Positions 1 through 13,480 of a stretch of 64,000 bases of DNA are shown in pieces. Position 1 is the stretch's first letter, and each line of letters begins with the position of its first letter. The stretch is from Amoebophrya sp. A120 (taxonomy: Eukaryota > Protista > Dinoflagellata), in NCBI GenBank assembly GCA_905178155.1, contig CAJINV010000003.1, forward strand, positions 2,499,065 to 2,563,064. The letters run 5' to 3'. A program made the translations under genes and the position numbers. Under the pieces are notes generated by a model that saw only the letters and a list, made by a program, of their open reading frames with translations, was not told the DNA's origin and ran no database searches.

Positions 1-2
1 TA

Positions 3-536
3 CGTGCTGATAGGAATCGCCCTGAAGATATCGCGATCGGGGCAAGAGACGCGATAAACGGCAACGACGAGCAGGACAAGCACGAAATAACGACAGTCCA
101 CGCCACCCAGAAAAGACCTGCCATTGGCAGTGACGTAGCTGTGGCACAGGAACGAAGCATGTTGGTCTCGCCCGCCCCCACCGCAAAGACCATAAACAAG
201 GAGAAAGAGGCTCCTTCTGCGGGCTATTTTTTACCAGACAACGACACGACGCATCAACAGAAGCCAGCAGGCCGCCCACATGTGCCAAGCACAAGTGCAG
301 CACACACGTCGCCACGCGTTTCGGCAGAGGCCGCTTCCAGCGTCGGACGGCGCCCCTCCTCATCAAGTAAAGACAAAGAGAGCGGCAGTACGGAGACGTC
401 GTCAATTGAAAATAAACATGACCGCGCGACAAAGAATCTGATTTGCACGGGAGAAATGGTTCTGCCGGGCTTTCACACGTCTGATACTCCGGTAGGGCCT
501 CGCGCCGAGCATCAGCGTCGTCCGTGGATAATCTGA
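3..536 (+). CDS. 3' part of a low-complexity hypothetical protein (runs off the window start)
   Basis: Frame is open from position 3 into ORF 141..536; Ser/Ala/Pro-rich; no recognisable domain. Confidence 0.4.
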   Translation, partial: RADRNRPEDIAIGARDAINGNDEQDKHEITTVHATQKRPAIGSDVAVAQERSMLVSPAPTAKTINKEKEAPSAGYFLPDNDTTHQQKPAGRPHVPSTSAAHTSPRVSAEAASSVGRRPSSSSKDKESGSTETSSIENKHDRATKNLICTGEMVLPGFHTSDTPVGPRAEHQRRPWII

Positions 537-1281
537 CTACGCGTGGCTTGTACCGCAGCACAGCGACAGTGTCGGATCATACCGGGAATGTTGCTCCTTT
601 GCGACGTCTGGATCATCAAACAAAACTTGAAAGCGCTTCTGTAAGATGGTCAAACCGCTAATAGTTTACTACACGGTGTCCGACATCAACGTGTTTGTGT
701 TTCTTTCCGCATCTCTTTCACAATCATGCACGCCTGATAACACATGCATATCACACAACTCACCTCTTCTATCGATTTTGACTCTCATGTTTTCTCTCGT
801 TGAAGCTGTACCTTCGATCAATCGACGTCTTCTTGTCTGTCCTCGTTTCTTCCTGACACACGACAGGCGACAGCTGCTACCGAGAGAGTATCAAAATCGA
901 GATTTTTTGGTGACATGACAAATAGCGAGAGAATTCTGTAGTTACAACGTGCAAAGCGTTGAGTGATTTCAAAACGCCAAACTGTGAACAAAAGTGCCTC
1001 ATATGATAAACCCGAAGAACAACCGTTTTGTTTTTTGCCGTGTAAGGATATCTCAGATACCACCGCTGCCACAGATCAGCGCCAATTCTTGCCTTTTTTC
1101 CCGATCGTGTTGTATTTCAAGAGGCTATTGATTTGTTGTAGCGTAAGTGAAAGCCAGCTTAATTTCCACGTCAACCTGAAGTTTGCCTTGAAGAAGAAGT
1201 AGACAATGTTGACAATAAGGACTTCATCCGCGGCATCATCGCACCTGTAGTGTGAGGACAACTACCTCGTGTAGTTTCGAG

Positions 1282-4200
1282 ATGGCGCAATTGCCCTCGG
1301 ATCCTTTCGCACTGGATCCACCACGGCGTAGTCGCTGCTGGCTCGTGGGGGGGCCAGGCGTCGGCAAGGCTGCTTTACGAAACTGCTTTCAAAGTCCTCA
1401 GCGACCGAGCCGACACTGGCTGCGCTCGTCGTGTACGCCCACGGGGCAGCACCGGGAACGCAATGGAGGTACACTTTTACTTTAATTACTCACGCCATTG
1501 ATTATGATTTCTAGATAACATGCCTCGACCCGTCTGTACATATCATATGGGCAGCACTTGATATCATAACTTGTTGCGCCTTAGGTACTGCTCCGAGCTC
1601 GCCTTGGTTCGATGAGGAGCCGGTGGTTTTGCTGAAGTCCCCACTCGACCCTAACCACACGGCCGCAGTAGAGATCAGCTTCACGGAAGTCTGCCTCTCC
1701 CCTTGTGGAAGAAACGTGGATCATGACCACCCGTTTGCCGGCAATGACAGAGAGCTAAATAGTATTGGTTCGAGGAAGCGCCAGGAGTTTGCTTACGGGT
1801 CCTTTTCGGGTGCTGGTGGAACATCAACGTCCTACCCGGACTGGAGCACCGATTGCGTCGTGCTGGTCGCAGACGTGGGGAACCGCACCTCGTTGGAGCA
1901 GCTGCGCGCCTTCGTGCAGCAGGATTCCATCTTCCGGTGTCCCCGTAGCCGCCCGGTGGTCTTTGTGCTGGGCGCCAAAGCGGACACTTCCAGAGAACGC
2001 CGGTAGGGTTTGGACAATTTTGTACTGGACATTTCTTTTTCTTTTTGAAAATGGTCTTGAACTTGATGGTGGTCGACCTGGGCGGGGTCGTTTCATAGTA
2101 CATTAGGTAGCCTATCGCAAAAGTTTACGACTATATCTTTTACTTTGTTACCGCTTCATCTTCAGGCAAATTTCCAAGGACGAACTGGCCCGCTTCAGCA
2201 CCGAGGTAGCACACATTCAGCCGGCGCACTTTGACGTGAGCAGCAAGACGCACGTTGGTGTGGACTTGTTTCTGAAAATTCTGGTTACACGGCTCCTGTT
2301 TGTGCACCAGTCCCGTGCGCGACGCCGGGAGCTGCAAGTGGAGGAAAACTTTGTTTCGGCGGCCGCCGATTCCCACGGCGACGGTGCCGGACTGCCGCGG
2401 TTCGTGTCCTGCACCAGCCAGGTCCTGCAAGAGAACAACCCTCTTGTGGCCACGACCCAGGAGCGATATGATCATTCCGAGGACGAACATCAAGACCAAG
2501 GCGAGGATCTTCAACCGCAGGAGAGCAGAACACGCGCACCCACGAACGATTCCTTGTTGCCGGAGGGGGTCTACTCTGCCTCGGACCTGCTGCAGCACAC
2601 GGGGCAGAAGTTGCAGCAAAATCAAAGGCAGAATTGTTCTAATTCGCAGTGTTTGGCGTTGCTCCAGGACAGCGCGCCGCCGTTAACGGAGACGGTGGTG
2701 GACCGAAGCAGCGCCACGGTGCAGCTTGAGGACCAGCAGTATGGTCTAGAGGAGCCTCATCTCGTCCACACGGGAACTGATGTTGACCACGCATTCAATG
2801 GAGTCGAATCATCATGTGCGCAGGACGAGCTCCAGGATCATGTGGAGCGCGTCCAAGCGGATGAAAATCACGTGTTGCACCGCCCAGGTGCACGACGAGA
2901 ACAGTTGCTGCAAAGCCCCCAGCAGCAGACAGAGCAACAGGTCGCGCCGGGAAGTGCTCCACCTGACGAGGAGTTTTATCCCGTGGGACTTCTGGAGGAC
3001 CAGATAGCTCCTCTGCGAAGTAGCCGGAAGCAGACACTGCTGGCGCTGCGGGACTTTTGTGTGGAGTGGCCGGAGCAAGTCGTCGCGGTTGTCCGATTCC
3101 AGCGCAAGGAGGTCCGCGTGCATATCGGTATGTTTCTGCAGGACATTTGGGGGGTGTTCCGCCAGCTCTGCATGGATTTGCGAGCGACGGACGGCGACGG
3201 AGCGGAAACTCTCGCGCAGGACATGCGCGCCGCGGTCTGCCGCAACGTGCAAATGCACCCGGAACTTTTGAACGAGGTCGAGGCGTTGCTCGACCAATCC
3301 CATTTTGGAGTGCCGCGGATGATGTTGATGACCTCCGAGCAAGACGAATTCACGGAGGGTTGCTTGGTGGACGAGACCACTTCGTATAATAATGATCACG
3401 AACTGCCACTGGTGCAAGATCAAGAACAGCTCTCCTCAAATCAGGCACAGAATTCGAGTTGCATAGTGCAGAACCAAGAGGACGACCACTACGACCAGCG
3501 GGTGGGTTGTTTTCAAGAAGGCTCCTCCTGGGCAGGGCGGGATCATGATGGTGCGCATGATCACAACGACGATCCGCTGGAATCTGGCCAGGACCGGTAT
3601 TTGCTGCATACGGCTCGTCAATCCAAGAACAACTCCATCGTCGTGCATGAGGGGGACGAGTTGCTCGATGGGCAACATCAAGACCAGGCGATATCAGGCA
3701 GTGGAGCCGCGGGGAATTCTATACTAGAGGATTTGGTGGAAGTAGAACCTTCGCGCAGCAGCACACAGCAGGTAGTACTTCTCAACGACGGCAGCATAGG
3801 TGCTGGCTATAATTTCCATGAAGATCCTGCTCAAGAACAGGAGCTACATGTTGGGATGAATCGTGAGGCAGAGGCAGTCGCAGCGCCGGTGGACGAACAC
3901 ACAACGGGCACTTTTAGCAGCGCTGGCACGACAACATCAACCGCGAAGCCAAAAGTCACGACCACGCGGAATTTATTTTCGCAGCGCATCTTCTCCTCCA
4001 GTCCAGTTGAGTCGCGCGAGGAAAGCGAGCAAGTGATAGCAGAGCCGGGCGTTGTCCTCATGCCGCCGTCGGAAATCGTGCTGTCGCCAGCTCTGGATCG
4101 TGAAGAGCAAGAAGATGTGACAAGAGTGCCGGAGCAGATGAAGGTAACTGCAGGTAGCCCGGGTGTAGTAGCGAAGAAGATTTTGCACATGCCCCCGCCC

Positions 4201-7200
4201 GTGCTGGTGCAGTCGCCAGGAACTGATAGTGATCCGCTCGTCCAGCGGGACGGACCGGGGTTCACGCCACTAAGCGTGGCTGAAGCGGAGGAAAGCGCCG
4301 CTTTTGGGGTGCGTCAATTGGCGCCGGCGGTTTCCGTTGACGACCTGCTTCCGCCCACCAGTAAAGCTAGTGTGTCCGCGATTGCGGAGGAGCACGAAAA
4401 TGCCAAAAATCACGAGAATGCTACCAGCCCACAGAAGTCTACTCCGGATCGGCCTTCAGGAGCGACAGGGGAAGAAGAACGAAATAGTAATGTAGACGAG
4501 GACCTGCAGTACGAAGTGGCGTTGCAACCAGGGACGTCGAGCGCAGGAGCTCACATTGCCGCGGCCCCGGCGGAAATAAATGGGCAAGTGGCCCCCGACG
4601 CTGGAGTTGTGTCTGCGACAGATCCGCGGGGGCCGCCGCAGGTCGACACTACTGCTTCAAAAAGCAGCAAAACTGAATTCTTATCGTACAGCGAATCAGT
4701 ATCGGTGGAGGAGCGCGCCTTGTCGTCAAGTCGTTTGTTTGGGAATACGTCGTCGGTCGCGGCAACGGGCAACATTGTGGTCAATACGATGTCTCGCAGC
4801 GCATCCAGCTCTTCAACGGACCAGCGTCTCGTCGTGTCGGACGGCGTGGCTCCAGTGCAGCAAGAGGCGGGTACCACATTTAACATTCCGGACCACACCA
4901 GCACCCTTGCTGCAACGAGGAGCAGTCCGGTCCGAGATGAAGCTGCAACACCGATGGCCACAGAGGGTGCTGCAGCAGCACCATCGCGTGGACGAGCACT
5001 GTTTAGCACTACCAGAAAAGCAGTGAATAGTTTGTCGACCTCTGCAATCAGCAGCGTGAGGCAGTCCTCTCCGCCCCCGCGTCCGGGCATGCTCACTGTG
5101 AGCGACACGGGGACGGGGACTGGTCGGAGTGTGCTGGTCAGTCCGCGTGGCTGCCCCGGCGAGGAGTTCGCCGCGCATTCTCATAGCGTGCTGCTGAATG
5201 TGGACCAGGACAATCTGTTGCGTCCTCCGGCGCTGGTCGGCATGTTCGACCACAGCTTCGTGGAGCACGCAGCCCTCGTGCCGTCTGGTGGTGCGCCAGT
5301 TGTACTAGCCGGCGCGCGGTCGGCCGCCAGCGCCACCCCAAAACAAGAAGAACACGACGCCGCCAGAGAACTACAGCAAGGAGGAGCTACTTCCACAGCT
5401 GCCGTTCATCTGCAGCCGTCGTCCTTCTGCGACATTGAAGAACAGATTTCCGCCATTCATGCCTCGTCCTCCGCCACGTCTCCGGTGGACATTGTGTTTC
5501 CGCACATGACCCAGCGGACCAGCGCAGAGGAGACATCAGCGGTGGTGCAACTACAGCAACGGGGTCGTCGACGCATTTCGAACGCATCTTCTTCTTCGAC
5601 AGGTTTTTGCGCCACTACTGGGACCACGAACATCAACAACAAGCCGACAGGAGGCGGAAGTGGTGGGCCAAGCAGAGGACATTCGTTATCACTGGAAAGA
5701 GAGTTGGCGCGGAAGCGCCAAGACTTGAAGAAAGCACAGCGGGAGCTGCATAGTTTCGTAGCTCGGAGACAGCAATCGAACGGCGATCATTCGGTCTTGC
5801 AAGATCCGGTCACTGGCGAACGGGGACGAGAAACTGAAAATATGATGATCCCGCCTAGTTGTACGCAAGAACCGTCGGCGTCGTCCGCCTCCGCACGAAA
5901 CGTCTCGCCGCAACTTCCAGTGACGCCGATCTCTCTTGTGTCCTCTTTCAACATCGGCACGATGAACACTAATCTTAACACGCAACAGCAGCTTGCCCCG
6001 CCATCTACGCTAAGCAACACGGCCGGGCTTATGCTGACGCACTCCCTGGAGCGCAAGAGCATTTCTTCCCCGCAGCGTGCGGGGGCGCAAAGCGCGAATG
6101 ATCTGGTCTTTGTTTCCGTCGATTCTCAAGATTTCACTTCCGCTGCAGCCGGCGCAGGGGCCGAAGTTAGTGTGCAGAGAAATGATCATCTGCAGCCCAC
6201 GTTCGTGCACCCAGGCTCTGCGTCCCCTTTGTACCCCGGACGGTCACCCGAAGACGTGAAGGGTCCCACCAGCAGCCTGCTGCCGTCTTCCCGAGACGTC
6301 TCGCCCGTGTCGCCGCACCGACGCGCAGCCGCAAAGGCCATGCGGTTGAAACGCGGCGAGCGAGGAGGGAGTAAGTCACAGCAGCTCGCTACCTCGCTCG
6401 AGAGACGAGCATCACAGATGAAGGTGCTGCAAGACCGCATTCGGAGCACGAAAGAGGCCTACATCAGCAAGCGAGCGAACAGCAAGTCGGACCACAGCAA
6501 GCAACTCTCTCCTCGACGAACACCACCTGCAGCTGACCCGGCTCCGTGTACTACGCCTCCACGACCCGCGACCAAGAAGCCTAAGCGGACCGAAGTGAAG
6601 TTTCCCGCCGTGAGTTCCGCCAAAATGCCGCGCGTCGTGGTGTGCCGAGCTCACATCGAGCTACCCGATTCCGGCGGTCGCACGACCGAGTTTGTGCTCT
6701 ACGCGGACGAAGATTTCCGGACAAAAGTCGCAACTTTTGCTGCGGAGAATCAGCTGGCACAGGATGCGCAAGCGTATTTGGAGGCACAGCTGGAGCAGCG
6801 CGTCGGTGCCGTGCAGAATTCTGAAAAAATCTATGCGAAAATAAATAAAGCGCCCACTCCTGTTGCACCTCCTGTGCACGAGGAGGACCACACTGGAACG
6901 AGGCAGGTCGAGCGCGTCGGATCCGTTGAGATTCGAGAGGAATACTCTGCGTCCTCGTCCTCCGCAACCAGTGGTGGCGAGGATATACAACTTCCGTACA
7001 GCGGCCCTTCAGCATCCAAACATCAAAATTTAAATTTTTCCGGCCTGGTGCCCGCGAAAAATAAAGCCTTATCCATCTCGCACAGCAGCAGAGAACAACA
7101 AACCAGCGTGCAAGATGAACATGTGCTCCGGTCGTCCCGGCCTGATTTGACTAGCTGCACTGCGGCGAGGACCTCCGGAGGTGGAGGACGGGTGCGAACC

Positions 7201-9479
7201 TACTCCGCAGCAGCCGCGGCCCGGCGGCGGCTGCAAGTGGAGTCGCAAGGCAGTAGGGCGAACCGCATGCCACGGAAATCGATCTGCGAAACAGACTTCC
7301 GCCCGAAGTCGCGTGCGGGCGACCACCACTACCTGAAACCAACAAAAGCGTGGACTGGGAAAAAAAGTGCAAACGAGCAAACCGCGCCGAATTCATTCCC
7401 ATCGGGAACCTCCAGCCTCGAATACGAAATCAGCAGAGCGAAAAGCAGCAAGGACTTTGCACGAGAGGACCAACGGCGGAATATTAAAGCAGTTCGGCGC
7501 ACCAGCAGCAGGGCGCGGCGGGGGACGCGGCTGGACAAGCGAGATGACATCGATGGCGACGGCGAAGCGCTCTCTAGAAGTGCTGAAATGATTTTCGGAG
7601 GGGAGCAGGACGATAGTAACCGAGTGTATCACAGACCACAAGCCGCGCAAGTGTCGACAAGAAGCAAAGCATCTCCGCTTCGCGGGCAAAGACTGTCTGC
7701 ATCGGATTACTTGACGCGCGTCGCAGCGAGCGGCAAAACTACCGTAAAGCAGAGCCACTTCTGTGCTATCGATCTGGTGGAGCCCGCGCCCGCCAGTGCG
7801 CGTGCCAGGGAACAAGAAAGTGGTGCTCCTGTTGCAACTCCCAACCCCTTCGCTTTGGCGAGCGCGAAAAAGAACGCGAAGCGCAGACAGCACGCACAGG
7901 AGACAAAGTCCACGGCGGTAAGCATGACTGGAACGGAGCACGAATCTGAACAAATGTCTGTTGCTCGAAAAAGTTCGTCGCAACAACTCTTAGTACAACA
8001 ACCCGAAAATGTCAGCCTTCGTGGTGAGGGGGCTGAGGATCAAGGCATGTTGCCGGGCCCGGATTCTGGACTACATCAGGTCTTACCAGTTCAGGAGGAT
8101 GCACAAGCGCTGTCTCCAGGTAGGCTGGCAGCACAGAGCAGGATCGTCACGGCGGAGGGGGTGGAAGTGCCCACCGACCGGAAGATTTTTCTCCCGCCTC
8201 TGCCGCTTCCGCCAATGCTTTCAGCCGGATTTAATTTCTTCAATCAGGGCTACGGGTCCCATGTGTTTCCCCCTAGACTCGGCCACGTCCCATACGACGG
8301 CCCACAACAGGTATTTTTTCAAGTACTTTGCAATATATGAATTTTGAGTTGTCCTCAAGAAGATTCACGTTACAGAAATACCGTCCCTTGGTGATTCCAG
8401 AGGAATAATTAGAATCAGGTGAAAAGAGCACGATGGCATTCAGCCAGCTTGTGAGTTAGTAAGTTGAGGAAAGGCCGGTGAACTACTTTTCGTACATTTT
8501 TTTCCAAAAAATCTTCAAGGTCCTTGCCGTGTCCCCGCACGACCATAGCAGCTCTGCGAGTGCTTCTGACAAGCTTACGGTGCTCCATGACACGGTCCTC
8601 AATTACCGGCTGAACAACCGATCCAGAACTTCTACCGGAGATGTTGTCTCTGCGAGTCAAAAGAGCAACTCCGAGAACAACACGGTGCTGCTGCCAACGC
8701 AATTTTTGGACGGGACCGTGGAAGGAAACGATAACGAGACGGCAGCCCCCGAAGATCTCGCGAGCGGGCGCAGCAACAGCTACCAAAGGAGCAGCAGCGC
8801 CATCCGAAACCGGAATCCGGCGCTGTTCGATGAGTACCGTGCGCACGCGCACCCCCCGGAGCGCAGCTTTGTCCAGGCGCAAACGGCGTCGTCGTCTGTG
8901 GAACAACAACTACACGGTTCTCTTCCAGGTCTTGTGGATCACGGAGACGACGCGTTGTGCGAGTTGGAGGTGGACCTCGGGGAGCACCGTGGCACGGAGG
9001 TGATCGTCCTGCGCAAATCGACGTCCAGTGCGCATGAAGCCGCGTTGGAGCTCCAGAGGCAACACCCGGACCTGACCACCGAAGAGCTGCAGTGTCTCCA
9101 GACGTACCTGGAGGCCACCGTGCCGCACTTACTGCGCGGTGTCGATGCGTTGACAAACTCGGCCGCGACGACGTCCATGATGAGCGGAACGCAGGGGCAG
9201 GGGAGGAATCATCTCGCGCAAGAGGCACAGATCGAAAAACAGAATGCAGAGGCGCACGAGCACGACGTGCAGATGCAGCCGGTGCTTGAGGATGAACAAA
9301 CCGTGGGGCAGAGAAAGACCACCCTGCCCGCTCCCAGGCCGGTGATACAGCATTCACCGGTGTCACCCACGCCGGACGAGCTGGACCCGGAAGAGCCAGC
9401 AAAAAGTGCGACACTGGTCGGCCGCTTGCTGTCGCTCGTCGGCGGGGATAATACCAGCGCACCGGAGGGGCGGCGATGA
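1282..9479 (+). CDS. ~2570-aa protein: N-terminal degenerate Ras/Rab-like GTPase domain followed by a long disordered region
   Basis: Exons 1282-1468, 1585-2002, 2166-8310 and 8520-9479 join in frame via GT-AG introns. Motifs: WLVGGPGVGKA (G1), CVVLVADV, FVLGAKAD (G4-like), FDVSSKTHVGVD (G5-like). Confidence 0.7.
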
Positions 9480-10059
9480 GGCAGCGCACTGGAGAGGGTT
9501 GCGAGAGCTAAGTAGAGCTTGTTTGTGTGGTCCAAGAGGTTGAAGATAGAATTTTCTCCTGATAAGGAGGGCTCGAGCTTGACTTCTTGTGCCCTAGCGG
9601 CGTACTACTTTTTGTCCACTTGCACTTGGAAGTTCTTGTGTTTGTTTGGTGAGAAGTGTCGCAATTGCAGCGAGGCGGAATCAATAATTGAATGGCATGT
9701 GGGTCGTGTTCGTGTGGAAGCTGCATTCTTGTGTAAAAAGATAGCTGTGCCTGGTCGCAGTTTTTCGTTTGTTTTGCAAGACTGTATCTATTCTTCCTTC
9801 GGAAAAATGATCCTACACCGAAGAACACGGTTGTGAAGTTTCGCAAGGACTACGGTTGTGCACCGTTTGAGATTCTGAGGCAGAGCGAGGGGAGGTGCAT
9901 CAGTAAGAAAAGGACACAGCCAGAGCGGCAAAAAAACGGGCTCTACTGAGTGGTCGATTGTAACTAACATTTGGGCACTGGTGGAGCTGAATCCCCGTGT
10001 GTATGGTGTACATGATGTAACTGTTGATAGATTGGTGCACCATTTATTTCGGGAGCAAT

Positions 10060-11941
10060 ATGTCAGCGGAGGAAGTCCGCGCGCTCGAGGAGGTGCTGGA
10101 GCAGAAGGACCAGCAGTGGGAGGAGTTATTCCAGCAGTTTGAAAACTTCAAGGCCCAGGAGGAGCTGAAAAGCAAGGAGTACCAGCGTCTCACGGTGGAC
10201 TACGAGCAGCGTCTGGAGGCCGCGGTAGAGGACGCAGCCAGGCTACGGTTGGAGAATCAGCAGCTGAAAACCAAGTCGGAGGGTATGCGATAAACCATCA
10301 AGTCTGCGTCTGGGTCTGCCCCCCACGGATGGTGGGCGTCTCGTCGGCACCATGTTGAAAGTGGTGCCGACGGGAAGGTCCACATGCTATTCGCATTTTT
10401 GGGTCAACATGTCTGAGTGCAATGAAACGGTAATAAAAGGCAACTGACGGGATGTGGAGATAAAGTGATTCACTGCCATTTTTTTTTGATAAATTGTCCA
10501 TTTGATCTTGTAAAAAGCGCAGGACTCTTCTTTTCCAATTCCACGCGTTCGCGTCTTTCTTCGCTCGCGATTGTGCTATACTTAGACACGACATTCATTG
10601 GTGGCAACTAGTTGTCACCAGTGTAACAGACGTAGATCATCATTCTCCTGCGGGCGGACCGGGGGGAGACGATGACAAATTTTTCACGGTACTGAAGAGT
10701 TGCAGGAAGAGAACAAAAAGTCCCAGATCGCGCGCCAACAGGCGGTTCTGGAAAAGGACTTGCAACTGGAGGTGGTGCAGAAGGACCTGCAGGGAAAAAA
10801 GAAGGCCCTCGCGGAGTTGCAGGGCAAGTTGGCGCAGATCGAGCAGGAGCTGGAGGCACGGATGGCGATCGAGCGACAACGGCAAGAGGAGATCGAGCAG
10901 AACCAAACGCTGCAACAGAAACGCAGGTACTGGACGGAGATCTTGGCGGACCCGCGGCGGCACGCGCGGCTGCTGGAGGAGCTCACGGACCTCGATTCCC
11001 GCTTGAGTTTGACGAACAAGAAGCTGAATTCTTTGAGACACAGGCTACGCGGAACAGCGGGTGGTACAGCACCAGGTAGTTCTTCCTGCAACACAACAAT
11101 TCTCGGTGCCAGCGTCCTTCTTGCGGGTTCTTCAGATGTGGACCCGGCCTTGGGCGGCGCGAGGGAAGTGATGTGCACCAACTCCGGCGCACAAGAGAAC
11201 GGAGGCCGGCACACGGACGCCCGCCAGCACATCGGACAAGAAGAGGGAGAGGCGAAGCCTTCATCCCCAACCAGCCGACAAAAGCAAGAGCCACAGTGTC
11301 CGGTAACTATTACACCGAGCGATTCGCTTTCGCAATTGCAGCCCGACAAAAGGAAGACGACCAGGCGAACGCTGCTTCAGTCCGAAAGGATTGACGTGAA
11401 CAACGTGAGTGCAGGCGAAATCCACACCAGTTCTTGTCGTGTAGCACCCACGATTGCATCTTCAGTGGGTGTCGTAAGCGAAAGCGCCGCGAGAAGGACA
11501 AAACTCGAAGTTCGCGAGGGAGGTGGTCACGTCTTCAGAGGTGATGAGGCGAACGCGATGTCAGGTGGCACATCTTGTTCACAGGAGCGGATACAAAAAG
11601 ACGCACTAGTATCTATTTCTGGGTGCACGACGTCGACCTCGGCATCCGTGCCGAAGCGCGAAACGACAATGGGAACAACAACAAATCCCGCCGTGTTTCG
11701 CACGCCTGGCTCCGGCTCAGCCGCTGCTGCTCCGCGGCGGGCTGCTGGTGACCCCAGCACGGCTGCGAAATTTGCGGTTCAGCCGATCGGCACGGCAGCA
11801 CGACCCGTTGCAGCTCCCGTGCTGAAGAAGTTTGGTGCAAGTAGAATGCAGCAACCGGGTTATTTGTTTCGAGAGCTGGAAAGCAAGCAGGTTGAGGATG
11901 TCGACATCGATTTTGTAAAGCGCCGGATCGCGGAGCTATGA
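10060..11941 (+). CDS. coiled-coil hypothetical protein
   Basis: Exon 10060-10282 (MSAEEVRALEEVLEQK...), probable GT-AG intron 10283-10635, then E/Q/K-rich ORF 10700..11941. Joining needs a 1-nt shift near 10700. Confidence 0.55.
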
Positions 11942-12355
11942 TCCTGACGCGGTTCGAGGCGTGCATCACTTTCACTACCTACACCAGCATGGGCACTTCT
12001 TGTAAAAAAACCCCTCAGGTTCTTCATAGCTGTGTAAAGAGCCCTTGCCGCACGACAGTCATGTCGTACACGACAGTCATGTCGTACTGACGAAGACTTC
12101 TGCAATTATCCATTTACATGTAGTCTTGTTCGGTAGAAAGAGCGTTGGTACAACCGCGGATAGAGCGATGCGTTTGAGAGCAGGACAACAAGAAGTCTGA
12201 AAAGAGGTTGTGAACAATCAAAGAGGTTTGAGTTATTGGGAAAAGAAAAGAGCTGCGAAGTGGTCGGTTCTTTAAATAAAACTATAAGTACATTTGGGTG
12301 AGAGACGGGGCCCCTCCATAGACGTAGAGCATACAACTCCGTTGTAGTAAGTACC

Positions 12356-13480
12356 ATGAGGGCGGCTAAGCCGAAGCCCCTGCTGCGGCCGTTGCGCGTC
12401 CTCGTGTCCTCGGGGGTGCTGGCTACAACTTCTACCGGACTCCGGCTGCCGCCGATGGATCAAGACGAGTTTTTGACGAAGCTGGTCGCGGGTCCGCCGC
12501 CGGTGGAGGACCCGGAGAAACGGATCGAGGAGGCGACCAAGGCCCGCGAGGCGGAGCTGCACAAGTTCGGGAAAACGCTCCCGTTTACTATCCTGAGTAA
12601 AAACGTACCCACACCAGAGTCAGGATAGGGATTTTGCAACACAAACCTAGGAGTTTTGTGAGCCACGCATGACAAGTTGCACTCTGTAGTGTAGTGCAGG
12701 TTAGCAAGTGCAGCCGCGTCACAGATTCATCTGCTCCTCCTGTTCGCAGCATCACAAATTCCAAAACACAATTGGAAATGGCTCTCATGGGGATGCGCAT
12801 TACGCGTCTTCCTGTCTTTGCAAATCTGCATTACAACTCTGGTGTGGGGACGTTTTTCCTCAGGATATTTACGCCGCGCCACGAGCCCTTCCAAATGTTC
12901 AAGGAGAGCTGCATGGCCTTCGTCGAGGAGAAGGCGGAAATATGGATTGCAAATATGTCTGGGTCTGGACGAATACACACTTGTGATGCGGATTTTACAA
13001 ACCATGAAAATCTCTCATGCACAGGCAGCAAAAGCTGGCCACTTTATGTCACCAGAATGGGGCATTTGTCATGCAGATTCGGCATTGCGAAAGCTTCGCG
13101 AAATCTGTGATGCTAGAGCTTCCATGGCAGGCCTTCTGTGTCATGCAAAAGCAGCATGACTCTTCCAGACCCAGACGTATTTGCATTTGATAGGAAAAAA
13201 GCGGGTACAACCCGGACCGCCTGCACTTCTTCCTCCCGAAGTGCACCTGGGGGGAGCCGCTCTGCGGGGAAATGCTGGAAAAGCTGAAGACCGTGGTCGC
13301 CGCCTTGGCCCCGGCGCCGGCGGGATCATCCGCTGGATCTGCTGCTGGATCGGCTGGATCATCCGCTTTCGCACCAGAGCCCGCTCCGACACTTTCGATG
13401 CAACCACCAGGTGGAAGCGGACAATCCGGATCTGCACCTTCCTATTTTGAAGAGGGCGTCGAGGAAGTGATGAAGGTACT
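12356..13480 (+). CDS. hypothetical protein interrupted by two TIR introns (3' end uncertain)
   Basis: Removing 12589-12867 and 12941-13192 (+5 nt each) gives ...FGKTLPFTPRHEPFQMFKESCMAFVEEKAEKSGYNPDRLHFFLPKCTWGEPLCGEMLEKLKTVV... Confidence 0.65.
12589..12867. mobile_element. TIR introner-like element, family B
   Basis: TATCCTGAGTAAAAACGTACCCACACCAGAGT...ACTCTGGTGTGGGGACGTTTTTCCTCAGGATA; flanking DR TTTAC/TTTAC. Confidence 0.9.
12941..13192. mobile_element. TIR introner-like element, family A
   Basis: TATGGATTGCAAATATGTCTGGGTCTGGA...TCCAGACCCAGACGTATTTGCATTTGATA; DR GGAAA/GGAAA. Confidence 0.9.

Noticed and set aside
10284-10320. TATG...GTCTGGGTCTG resembling a family A left end
   Set aside because: No matching right TIR or DR was found, and a GT-AG intron (10283-10635) explains the region. 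At most a remnant.
12052-12087. Tandem 18-mer ACGACAGTCATGTCGTAC x2, each with a small palindrome
   Set aside because: Single short duplication downstream of a stop codon; no evidence of function.
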